The notes: generated by a model from the sequence alone, not told the origin. Shown: positions 8,965 to 17,687, counted from the stretch's first letter. The stretch is 64,000 nt of DNA from Chloroflexota bacterium (GCA_027618515.1 JAQCEV010000002.1:17029-81028), one strand, 5' to 3'. A program made the numbers and translations.

Positions 8965-9915
8965 CTACGTATCCAGTGTTTCCTTGGCGAAGATCTCTTC
9001 AACAGCCATGTGGCGCTTGGTGAGCCCTTGGTTGGCGTTGTAGCGGGCAAAGGTTTCGGTGACGTCTCGATTGGCGGCGACTCCGTACTTCCAGGGATCT
9101 CCCCAGTCATTGGTCTGCTCGACGAAACGCTCTCGAAGGTAGAGGACGCCGAAGCCTGAGCGGTCGTTCAGGATGTCCTGGTAGGCCAAGTCCTTGGCTT
9201 CTTCGAACGCGCCGTAGATCGAGCGGGCCAGGCCAGGGTTCTCGCGGTCGAGCTTGGCGCTCATGACGATGAGGTGCATTGGGGTGTACATGCCCGTTTC
9301 CTCAAAGAGCTTCCGGTCCTCCGCCATGTAGTCGAACAGGCGATGGACATCTGGACTGCTCTCTAGAGCAATCCAGGCATCGCCATCAGAGATGTCGGAA
9401 ATGATGGCGTCAACCTCCCCGTCCAGGAGGCGGTCCCAGGGGTTCTTTCGTTCGTCGGCGATGGTGACCGTCTGCGGAGCATCGTAACGAGGGAATACTT
9501 TCGACTCGCCGTTTGCGAGCCATGAAAGCTTGCTGGGGTCTACGCCGTGGCGCTCGGTCAGCAAGCCTTGGAGTAGGGTGGTTATCCCCGTTGGGTAGAA
9601 GTTAGTGGCGATGGTTTTGCCCTCGAGGTCGGAGGGCTTCTGGATCGCGTTGCTGACGAAAAGGTACTGGTACACGGGCTTTCGCTTGATGAAAAGAGGA
9701 AGCCCGATCAACTCCCATCCTTCCTCGATCGCCTGCGGCCAATAGCCCGTGTTGAGGTCGCACAGCCCGAAGTCGCCTCTACGTAGTGATTCAACGTCGC
9801 CCGTAATCATGGCTGGTGTGCGCTCGGGCTTGATGGTCCAACCGGGGATCTCCACACGTCCCTCCAGCAAGGGCATGGTGTGGTCGTATCGCATGATAGG
9901 GAATCGTAGATCCAT
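8965..9915 (-). CDS. 4,5-dihydroxyphthalate decarboxylase-like protein (NMT1/periplasmic-binding-protein-like fold)
   Basis: 316 aa. The N-terminus MRYDHTMPLLEGRVEIPGWTIKP resembles the ...YDRT.AL.DG.V.PEGI.L start I recall for PhtD-type decarboxylases. The call rests on remembered family patterns only. Confidence 0.5.
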   Translation of the reverse strand: MDLRFPIMRYDHTMPLLEGRVEIPGWTIKPERTPAMITGDVESLRRGDFGLCDLNTGYWPQAIEEGWELIGLPLFIKRKPVYQYLFVSNAIQKPSDLEGKTIATNFYPTGITTLLQGLLTERHGVDPSKLSWLANGESKVFPRYDAPQTVTIADERKNPWDRLLDGEVDAIISDISDGDAWIALESSPDVHRLFDYMAEDRKLFEETGMYTPMHLIVMSAKLDRENPGLARSIYGAFEEAKDLAYQDILNDRSGFGVLYLRERFVEQTNDWGDPWKYGVAANRDVTETFARYNANQGLTKRHMAVEEIFAKETLDT

Positions 9916-10033
9916 GGTTGAGGCTCCTCGAACCGTTGAGACGCTTGCCGTCGATGTTACGCGGGGTTATAGCAGCGCTGCATCGTTGGGGTCAACGGAG
10001 ATTTTGCCAGGCCAGCGCCTGCGGCAGACGCAA

Positions 10034-10071
10034 AGAGAGGAACCCCGGTTTGATAACCGGGGCTCCTCTCT
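10034..10071 (-). terminator. Hairpin downstream of the archaellin gene array
   Basis: AGAGAGGAACCCCGGTT-TGAT-AACCGGGGCTCCTCTCT forms a 17-bp stem with one mismatch. It lies ~25 nt after the stop at 10095 and is followed on the minus strand by TTTGCG. Confidence 0.55.
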
Positions 10072-10094
10072 GGTTTCGGTTGTAGCGCCAAGCG

Positions 10095-10677
10095 CTAGAG
10101 CATGTCGTTGATCTTGTCGATGGTCGGCGGGGTGGTACGTTCAATGACGATGCTCGCACCACCGTCGGGCGTTATCGCCATAACGAATGTATCGTCGGCA
10201 TCAAGCTTGGTCGTGAGGTGGCTGATGTCCACGGTCCGCGTCGTTCTTGCCCACAGCCGTCTGCGTCCAAGCGATGTCAATTACTTCTTGGAATTCATCG
10301 ATATAGCTTATCACCGTCGAGTGGGTCGCAGTTTCATCAGACAGCACTCCGTTTGCCGGGGCGCTGTCCGTCGTGGTGTTGAAGTTGATCGCTTCACCGC
10401 CCAAGGTATTGGCGAGAATGAACACGATCTGATCGATATCATTGTCGTCGTCAGTGTCCTTCCCTACGGCAGGACCTACGAGCTCCATGGAGCTCCGAGC
10501 CGACTCGACACCGGCGTAGACGGCCTGCTTGCCTTTCTCCGAGGAGAATATGCCGGCAGAGAGTACCGTGTAGGCGAACACCGACGCCACGACCACGAAA
10601 GCGATCATGATGATGGCCGTCTCCAGGCCGGTTATCCCGCGTTGGTCTCGCTTCAATTGGAACATTGCAGTGACCAT
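10095..10677 (-). pseudogene. Archaellin (archaeal flagellin FlaB/ArlB-like) copy A, disrupted by a frameshift/deletion
   Basis: ORF 10201-10677 has the archaellin N-terminus (KRDQRG|ITGLETAIIMIAFVVVASVFAYTVLSAGIFSSEKGK). The conserved C-terminus (...DGGASIVIERTTPPTIDKINDML) is in another frame (ORF 10095-10280). The frames switch near 10233-10242, where the paralogs carry LL(L)E.GEKMQ. Confidence 0.7.
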
Positions 10678-10711
10678 GAGTTTTCCTTTTTCCTGTTTCT
10701 TTCGGCCGCTG

Positions 10712-11770
10712 TTAATTCAGGTCCATCTCGGTGGCGAGGGCAGCAGGCAGTGTCCGCTCCAGAATCATGTCGGCGCCTTGTTCACGTACCAGCGAAATCC
10801 GGAATGTGGTGTCCGCCACCGGCATCGGGTTCGCAGCGATCGTGCTCACCGTGATCTGCATCTTCTCGCCAGGCTCAAGCAACGCGTCTCCGTCACCCTT
10901 ACCAAGCTCTGTACGGGTCCAGACCACATCCGTCGTACGCTGATCTTCATCCGCGTAGATGACCGTCAAGACGTGATTCTTCGTGGCCTCGTCAGAGAGC
11001 AGACCGTCCGAGTCAGTATCCGTCGACGTGGTCAGGTTGATCGCCTCACCGTTGAGTGCGTTCGCAACCACGAAGCTGATGGCTGTCACTTCCTTCGGTG
11101 CCTCAAGAAGATCGAGGGTGATAACTTCACCACCGTCGTCCACGGTTGCCTGCAGTCCCCAACAGGCAATCGCGCTGTCTGCTGTCGGAGTTGCGAGATC
11201 CAGCACCACTTGCTTCCAGGTAAGCGCCGTCAACGCAGGTAGGTCTATCGTCTCGATCGGGCTACCGCAACCGGCAGTGTCGTCAAGAACGATCGCGTAA
11301 TCGGCAGCGGCTGCGCCTCCTGACGACTTCACCCACACCTGCAGCGAGTAGTGCTGCGGGCTAGTCAAGTTGACTGCGGTGCTGTTCCGGTACGCCGCGA
11401 GACCCGTGGCGAAACCGGCGGCTATCGTGACATCCAGGGATGTCGCGCTTTCCTTGTAGTCCGACGTGTCGGACGCGATGGTCACGTTGGCGCTGGGAAT
11501 CCAGCTACCAGCGGACTCAAAGGTGTCGATGCTGGTAGCGGCGATGGACGTTGCCTTCACGCTACCAACCAATTCCATGGAACCACGAGCCTGCTCCAGG
11601 CCAGCGTGAACCGCTTCCTTGCCCTTTTCCGCCGAGAATATCCCGGCAGATAGGACCGTGTAAGCAAATACTGAAGCAACAACTACGAAGGCGATCAGAA
11701 TGATGGCTGTCTCAAGGCCAGTAATCCCTCGTTGATCGCGCCGAAGCACTCCCCAATTCATGTGCAGCAT
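10712..11770 (-). CDS. Archaellin (archaeal flagellin-like) copy B with a large inserted central domain
   Basis: 352 aa. The N-terminus is RRDQRG|ITGLETAIILIAFVVVASVFAYTVLSAGIFSAEKGKEAVHAGLEQARGSMELVG and the C-terminus is ...GADMILERTLP, shared with copies A and C. About 150 extra residues lie between them. AGGGGGA SD precedes the ATG. Confidence 0.8.
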   Translation of the reverse strand: MLHMNWGVLRRDQRGITGLETAIILIAFVVVASVFAYTVLSAGIFSAEKGKEAVHAGLEQARGSMELVGSVKATSIAATSIDTFESAGSWIPSANVTIASDTSDYKESATSLDVTIAAGFATGLAAYRNSTAVNLTSPQHYSLQVWVKSSGGAAAADYAIVLDDTAGCGSPIETIDLPALTALTWKQVVLDLATPTADSAIACWGLQATVDDGGEVITLDLLEAPKEVTAISFVVANALNGEAINLTTSTDTDSDGLLSDEATKNHVLTVIYADEDQRTTDVVWTRTELGKGDGDALLEPGEKMQITVSTIAANPMPVADTTFRISLVREQGADMILERTLPAALATEMDLN

Positions 11771-11804
11771 CGAATTCCCCCTATTCCAACAATACGAGCC
11801 CGGA

Positions 11805-12458
11805 CTAATTCAGGTACATGATGTCGTCAACCACACCGGGCGTTGTTCGCTCAATGACGAGCGCGCTGCCCCGGTCTGGTTTGATTTCGATCGTAAATGT
11901 CACGTCAGTGCCAACGGGAGTTGCCAATTTGGACACGTTCACGGCGATCTGCATCTTCTCGCCGGCTTCCAGCAGTAGGTCGCCGTCACCCTTCCCCACT
12001 TCGGTCACTGTCCACGCGACGTCGTCCACTCGCTGGTTCTTGTCGATGTAGGAAATGATGGTCGTGTGCGTCTCACCTGTTTCGTCTGACAGCGTCCCAT
12101 CGTTGTCAGAGTTCACGGTATTAGTGAGATCAATGGCTTCCCCATCCAGGGCGTTCGCCACGGTGAGGACTATCTGGTCGACCTGGTTGTCCTGAGCAGT
12201 GCTCCCCGTCGGTACTCCGGTGTCCTTGAGCACTATCCCGCCGCCGACCGTCATCGTTGCGCGGGCTTGCTCGATGCCCGAGTGGATGGCTTCTTTACCC
12301 TTCTCCGAGGAGAAGACTCCGGCCGACAATACGGTGTACGCAAACACTGAGGCGACCACGACAAACGCGATTAAGATGATCGCCGTCTCTAGGCCAGTGA
12401 TTCCCGCCTGATCAGCATTCATGCGCAACAGCCGTTGGTTGAAGCGTTTCACACCCAT
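11805..12458 (-). CDS. Archaellin (archaeal flagellin-like) copy C
   Basis: ...MNADQAG|ITGLETAIILIAFVVVASVFAYTVLSAGVFSSEKGKEAIHSGIEQARATM...GSALVIERTTPGVVDDIMYLN. The start is uncertain. The maximal ORF reaches 12488. Candidate starts are ATG 12458, GTG 12452 (best SD spacing after AAGGAG) and ATG 12422. Confidence 0.8.
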   Translation of the reverse strand: MGVKRFNQRLLRMNADQAGITGLETAIILIAFVVVASVFAYTVLSAGVFSSEKGKEAIHSGIEQARATMTVGGGIVLKDTGVPTGSTAQDNQVDQIVLTVANALDGEAIDLTNTVNSDNDGTLSDETGETHTTIISYIDKNQRVDDVAWTVTEVGKGDGDLLLEAGEKMQIAVNVSKLATPVGTDVTFTIEIKPDRGSALVIERTTPGVVDDIMYLN

Positions 12459-12694
12459 CTCCTTTTGCGTTGAAAGCCCGGTAATCATTCACGGGCCGCG
12501 ATCTATTTCGCAGTTAGCGTGGTCCGAATGGGGCAGCTTTGCCGATCCGCTCAAACACTCAATAGGTAGCGTAGGGGCAGGGTGCCTAGGGCAACAGGAA
12601 GTGAACCCCCACGTGGCATGGTGGTTTTCTGGGGGTGATATTGGGGGGAATCCCCCATACGAAGACAAGGGGGCTTGGTCTGCACAGGGCGCTT

Positions 12695-13300
12695 CTATCG
12701 AAGTGATGCAGCCAACGCCAGATCCTCGGGGTTATTGATGTTGAAGAATGACCTGGCGGTGGGGTCGGTAGCTATCCACTCACGTCGTTCGACCTCTCTG
12801 ACGTGCAACTGTGTCAGGAGAGCGCTGACCCGTCGTTCGCCCCTGCGGAGGGCATCGTCAGCGGCGATGGAGGCGGCAGCAGTGCGATAAGCAGCGTGGA
12901 GTGGTTGCTGCCTTCCTTCCACGATGGGGACGGCAGCGTCGTATCCATCGATTAGCGATGCCAATCTCGACATAAGGATGGGGTTGAGGAAGGGCATGTC
13001 GCAGCCGACAGCTACGACATGTTTGCTCCGGGTGTGGCTGAACGCTGTAGCCAGTGCACGGAGCGGCCCTTCGCCGGGAGCTTCATCCACGAGCACCTTC
13101 ACATTGGTCTGATCGATCGGAGGCAGGGGGTAGAGCGCAGAGCGGACGACGATGACCTGGTCCGCAATGGGCGCGACGGCGTCCAGTACGTGATGCAGCA
13201 GGGAGCGGCCGTTCAGGAGCAAGCTTGCTTTCGGGCTGCCCATGCGCGAGCCGTGCCCGCCCGCAAGGATCACTACGGTGATTCCCTGGGCGTTGGTCAT
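12695..13300 (-). CDS. mobA: Molybdenum cofactor guanylyltransferase (MobA-like nucleotidyltransferase)
   Basis: ORF trimmed to the ATG at 13300. It has VVILAGGHGSRMGSPKASLLLNG..LL.HVLD and ...GPL.AL...VAVGCDMPFL motifs typical of MobA. Confidence 0.75.
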   Translation of the reverse strand: MTNAQGITVVILAGGHGSRMGSPKASLLLNGRSLLHHVLDAVAPIADQVIVVRSALYPLPPIDQTNVKVLVDEAPGEGPLRALATAFSHTRSKHVVAVGCDMPFLNPILMSRLASLIDGYDAAVPIVEGRQQPLHAAYRTAAASIAADDALRRGERRVSALLTQLHVREVERREWIATDPTARSFFNINNPEDLALAASLR

Positions 13301-13491
13301 GGTCGCAGGCCGAACGTGGCCAACCCATGGATGGTCATGACGAACGCGGCCCAAACGAGGTGGTTCATGGGATCGATGCGCCTCTAATGTGGAAGTCCCG
13401 CCCTTAGGGGTGTTGGGGACACCTAAAGGACGGGACACTCTACCATGACAGCCTTTTGGCTACCGCAAGGATGGAGGGCGCTGCGGTCGCG

Positions 13492-14181
13492 CTAGGCCGG
13501 CTGAAGTGCGGCGTTGTACATGCTGACCGCATGGGTTCGAAGGCTGATGTTGGAGGGGCCGTCATTTCCGAGCTTTGAGTAGATGTTGTGGATGTGCCGG
13601 TCTGCGGTCGCCCATTGCACGCCTAGCTCATCGGCGATGCCCATGTTGGTGAGGCCGCGGGTCATGAGTTCCAGGACATCTATTTCACGATCGGTGAGCG
13701 ATGAGAATTCGGCGCTTGAAGGACGAACAGGTGACTCCATCAGCGAGCCTATGACGCGAGGGTCGATGACCACGTTGCCTGTCCCCACTGAAAGGACGAA
13801 TTGCTCCAAGTCTTGCCCGGAGTAGATGGAGTCTTTGAGGAACAAACCGAAGCCCTTGCGAGAGGTGGAGCAGAGTCGTTGTGCGTGTGCGACTGCTTCG
13901 CCTTCGAAATCGGTGCAGAGTAGCGCGATACCGGACGGGCCACCAGCCACTGATAAAGGCTCTAGTTCTGCCGCCAGTGCGGCGGTGAGTGAGCGGCAGC
14001 CAACGAGGAGGACTCCCCCAGTGGCGGTCTGCGCGGCGCTGGCAATGTTGGCGCTGTCGAGCAAGCCGGAGGCATCCCTAAGCTCTAGAGACGCGTGATC
14101 CTCAATCTCGCGTGCGAACGCAGAGCGCATGAACGGTTGCTCTTCGAGGATGACGATTCCGAGCTTGGTTTGGGTGGCCAT
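13492..14181 (-). CDS. LuxR/NarL-family transcription regulator with a degenerate (pseudo-)receiver domain
   Basis: ORF trimmed to the ATG at 14181, preceded by AAGGAA. The C-terminal GerE HTH is LTDREIDVLELMTRGLTNMGIADELGVQWATADRHIHNIYSKLG. The N-terminal REC-like region has EE in place of the acidic DD pair and VLLVGCRS where the phospho-acceptor Asp is expected. Confidence 0.7.
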   Translation of the reverse strand: MATQTKLGIVILEEQPFMRSAFAREIEDHASLELRDASGLLDSANIASAAQTATGGVLLVGCRSLTAALAAELEPLSVAGGPSGIALLCTDFEGEAVAHAQRLCSTSRKGFGLFLKDSIYSGQDLEQFVLSVGTGNVVIDPRVIGSLMESPVRPSSAEFSSLTDREIDVLELMTRGLTNMGIADELGVQWATADRHIHNIYSKLGNDGPSNISLRTHAVSMYNAALQPA

Positions 14182-14580
14182 TGATCGGTTCCTTTGCACT
14201 ATGCCTGTGAGGTGTACACACATGACTAGGGCCAAATGTGCAGGGTGTCACGGCATAGTGTTACGTACATGAACACCAGAAAGGTGACAGAACGGGAACA
14301 GTGGTGAAACAGTTGGGGAACATCGATACCGGCCGTTAGGAGCACTCGCCCAAGCCAGCAGGGCTATCCACTTGCGGCGCTATTCGAACACGCGTACAGA
14401 GAAAAAATGGAATGCCTACCGAGAATTTCAGTCAGTCAGGCCGACGGCATCCCGGAGGTGGCCGCAAGTGCGCGGCTTTGTTCGATTGGACACCGGCGTG
14501 GGGGTGATTGTCGGCTGTGCAGAGGCGACCTCCGGCCCCCTGCCGACACCCAGGGGGAGGAGGTCAGTACGGGCGGTGGG

Positions 14581-14844
14581 CTACCAGCGGGGTCCGCGGT
14601 CCTCGCGAGGCTTGGCCTCGTTGACGTTGAGCGCACGGCCCTGGAGTTCGATCCCGTTCACGCTGCGAATGGCCTCTTGTGCGGCTGAATCGTCAGGCAT
14701 GTCCACGAAGCCGAACCCACGAGACCTGTTGGTCTCGCGATCAGTCACGACCTGGGCGCTGGTTACTTCACCGTAGGGCGCGAACGCGTCGCGAAGTTCG
14801 TTATCGCTAGTGTTGAAACTAAGGTTTCCGACGAAGATTCTCAT
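14581..14844 (-). CDS. RRM-type RNA-binding protein
   Basis: 87 aa with RNP-2 (IFVGNL) and RNP-1 (RGFGFVDM) motifs and the overall Rbp-like layout. Confidence 0.85.
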   Translation of the reverse strand: MRIFVGNLSFNTSDNELRDAFAPYGEVTSAQVVTDRETNRSRGFGFVDMPDDSAAQEAIRSVNGIELQGRALNVNEAKPREDRGPRW

Positions 14845-15115
14845 TCGGTGCTCCTATGAAAGCGTTGTATTCCCTTGAGGGAGGAAGCACCAGCTGAGAG
14901 CCTAGTGTGTCGGACCGGCGAAGCAGAGAGGTTACTCACAAAACCCTTGGGAGGCGCATCGTATCACGTCACCTGCCCGTGGGGGAGCGCTGTCTGGTGG
15001 CGGAATCTGCGCCATCAATTGCTAGCGTGACGCTAGTCGGGCATGCGGTGAGGCCTACGATAGGCCATAGATGGCCGCTCGCGAGGCAGACAAGCATGTA
15101 CAGAGCCCTCCGTCG

Positions 15116-17311
15116 CTAGGGTTCGACGAGATTCAACGTTGACCGAATCTGCCTGAGAACTGCGGCATCGTTGGTCAGCTCCAATGCTTCAAGCAGATCA
15201 GCGCGAGCTTCGCCATGTTGTCCCCGTGCGAGATACGACTTGGCCCGCAGGTGCAACACTACGGCCGCCCCGGCGGTGCCACGTGCGGCGGCAAATGCCT
15301 CGGTCAGGACAGGAATCGCATCGGCTGGTCTACCAACTCGAAATAGCGCTGCGCCAAGGGCGCGCTTGGCCTGCCATCGATCTGGCAGGAGGGTCACGGT
15401 GCGTTGGAACGCTTCGATCGCTTCACCAGATGACGTGCCCATCAATTCCGATCGCATGAGGAGTTCCACCCCCAGCAAGGCATTGGTGCTGGCATCGTAT
15501 GGGTTCACAGCGACAGCTTCGCGGAGCAACGCTACGGTGGATTCTGTGATCTGGAGCCGGGCGTCTAGGCTGATCCCTGAAATACGCGTTACGGTCAGCA
15601 TGTTCACAACAGAAGCGCGGTACGCATCTACGCTGGGCGCTCGCTCGACCGCATCGAGCAGCAGATCGAACGCCCGTGCATCGTCGCCAAGGGCGAGGGA
15701 GTCTTGCGCCCGGTTCGCGTTGAGGTCGGCGAGGACTGGCCGGATGGCGCTTGTCCATACCAAGCTCGCGAGAATCCCTGCTCCGGCCAGCCCGACCGCT
15801 AACGCAAGTGCGATGGCTAGGACCGACCCGCGCGTCGGCTGGACTCGTGAGAGTATCTTGGGCGCACCGATTGCGATCAGGACGCCAAGGATCGCCCAGT
15901 GAACGAGGGAATCCGACACCTGTGCGACGCCTCCCATCTGTTCGACCGCTCTGCCGGTGAGAGCGGCAAACAACCCAGCGAGAAGCAATCGCTGCGGCCA
16001 GTCGCTCCGGGGACTTCCACGGAGGAGCAACCATCCGCACGCGGCCAGTGGCAACAGCAACACAGCGGAGGACAGCAGCAGCCCCAACAATCCGAGTTCC
16101 ACCCACGAGTGGACGAACCAATTGTGAGCGTTCTTGGTGAGGATGAGGCTGTCTGATGGCTCGTGGGTGTCGCCCAGTGGGTAGACGTAGACGAAGGAGT
16201 CAGGGCCGTAGCCAAGAGTGTGAATGACGACGTTCGTAGGTGTTGTTTGATCCGGGGCGAACCACGGGCGATCCAGCGAGATGTCTATTGCATCACGCCA
16301 GATATTCAGGCGACCGCTGATTCCGTTAGCCGTGCTGCCAGGCACCGAGCCCGCACGGTCCAACGTGGTACCTAGCGCCCATGAGTGGCTCCCAGGTAGC
16401 TGTATTACGGACAGCAGAACTAGCGTGAGCACAGTCGCCCCGGCCAACGTTGCGGCGTAACGTCGTCGCAGTGCAGGTGGTAGCAGCAGAGCAGCGGCCA
16501 CGACAAAAATCACCGTTGCGACTGCCGCGCCCACCCACGGGCCACGAGCGAGGGTGAGAGCCAGCGCAGTGCTGGGGATGGCCAGCCCTACCGCGGCGAG
16601 CGGCACGCCTAGGCGGGCGCTCCGACCCTGGACGATACCCACGCATACATACATCGTGATAGGGAGTCCCATCACGAGGAAAGCTCCGAAGAAGATGGGG
16701 TTGCCGAATGATCCGACGACGCGGGAGGCGTTCAAGGCATCTAGCCCCCAGGGAGCAACGCCGACCGTCTGCGCGATCCCGTAGAGTGACGTCAGTACGG
16801 TCGCGGTAGCGATCGCCCTTAGGAGACGGTCGATGGTTGATGGCGTTCGAGCGCGGTAGGCGATGGCGAGGAACACGACCACGACGGATGCAAAACTGAT
16901 CAGCGAATAGCCATCGCGCCCCTCTTCGAAGCCACGTGTTGCGACGGCGTCGAACGGCGAGAGCACCGCCGACGTCGCAACGACCGTGAGTAGTCCGATC
17001 GCTAGGAGAATCACCCCGCGGGGAGGATAGCTCGCCAGCCAAGCCCGGAGCCGGGCCCGCCAGGCGCCGACTCGAAGGGAAGGCTCAGACGCGAGGGCCA
17101 GAGCCATGTCGGTCAGAGCCATTCCAGCTATGGCCGCCGCCAAGACTCGCATGACAGCGACCTTCGCTACGTCGGACACGGTAAACCAAGAGGGGGGGCC
17201 AAATGTCAGAGGAACCAGAACGATAGCCGCTAACCACGACTCCTCGATAGCGCGGCCGAGGATCCGACGCGAATGCACTAGGCGGTCTCTCTGGCTGATC
17301 TCAGCGGTCAT
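15116..17311 (-). CDS. Polytopic membrane protein with O-antigen ligase/polymerase (Wzy_C-like) domain and C-terminal TPR repeats
   Basis: 731 aa with many hydrophobic helices and the ...NAHNWFVHSWVELGLLGLLL motif typical of O-antigen ligase-like proteins. The C-terminal ~200 aa show TPR-like periodicity (..AL.LGDDARAFDLLLDAVERAP...). Confidence 0.65.
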   Translation of the reverse strand: MTAEISQRDRLVHSRRILGRAIEESWLAAIVLVPLTFGPPSWFTVSDVAKVAVMRVLAAAIAGMALTDMALALASEPSLRVGAWRARLRAWLASYPPRGVILLAIGLLTVVATSAVLSPFDAVATRGFEEGRDGYSLISFASVVVVFLAIAYRARTPSTIDRLLRAIATATVLTSLYGIAQTVGVAPWGLDALNASRVVGSFGNPIFFGAFLVMGLPITMYVCVGIVQGRSARLGVPLAAVGLAIPSTALALTLARGPWVGAAVATVIFVVAAALLLPPALRRRYAATLAGATVLTLVLLSVIQLPGSHSWALGTTLDRAGSVPGSTANGISGRLNIWRDAIDISLDRPWFAPDQTTPTNVVIHTLGYGPDSFVYVYPLGDTHEPSDSLILTKNAHNWFVHSWVELGLLGLLLSSAVLLLPLAACGWLLLRGSPRSDWPQRLLLAGLFAALTGRAVEQMGGVAQVSDSLVHWAILGVLIAIGAPKILSRVQPTRGSVLAIALALAVGLAGAGILASLVWTSAIRPVLADLNANRAQDSLALGDDARAFDLLLDAVERAPSVDAYRASVVNMLTVTRISGISLDARLQITESTVALLREAVAVNPYDASTNALLGVELLMRSELMGTSSGEAIEAFQRTVTLLPDRWQAKRALGAALFRVGRPADAIPVLTEAFAAARGTAGAAVVLHLRAKSYLARGQHGEARADLLEALELTNDAAVLRQIRSTLNLVEP

Positions 17312-17687
17312 CGTCGCCTCGCCTGAAGCGCCGTAGGCGGGTGAAAGCGATTGCGCATCCTAGCGAAGGCGCGGTCGCTCCTCGTATCCGCGTAAATCAT
17401 GGGCACCACTATCTGTGAGATTCTTCATGGCATTCAACCATGTTCACGGGAACTCAGCGGCTATCGAGGTCACGAGAATTCGCGGATTCAGCGCACAGCT
17501 ACGCGATTCGATCTCTGGACAGGGCAGTTTCGGAGGCGCTTCACCGGATGACAGCGCGATGTGGATCGGGAATCCAGCATGGGGCGCGACGAACGACTCG
17601 ATGCCAAGCCCGCTCGCTCGCAGCGATCATTAGTCGTTACTGGGGCTACGCAGTCGGCGGCACCGGGGCACGCATGTTGGGCTAGCG

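Noticed and set aside
10102-11242. Plus-strand ORFs of 250 aa (10102-10854) and 211 aa (10607-11242) antisense to the archaellin genes
   Set aside because: Their sequences are low-complexity and Arg/Ser/Val-rich, whereas the minus-strand products have strongly conserved archaellin termini in triplicate. I treated them as shadow ORFs.
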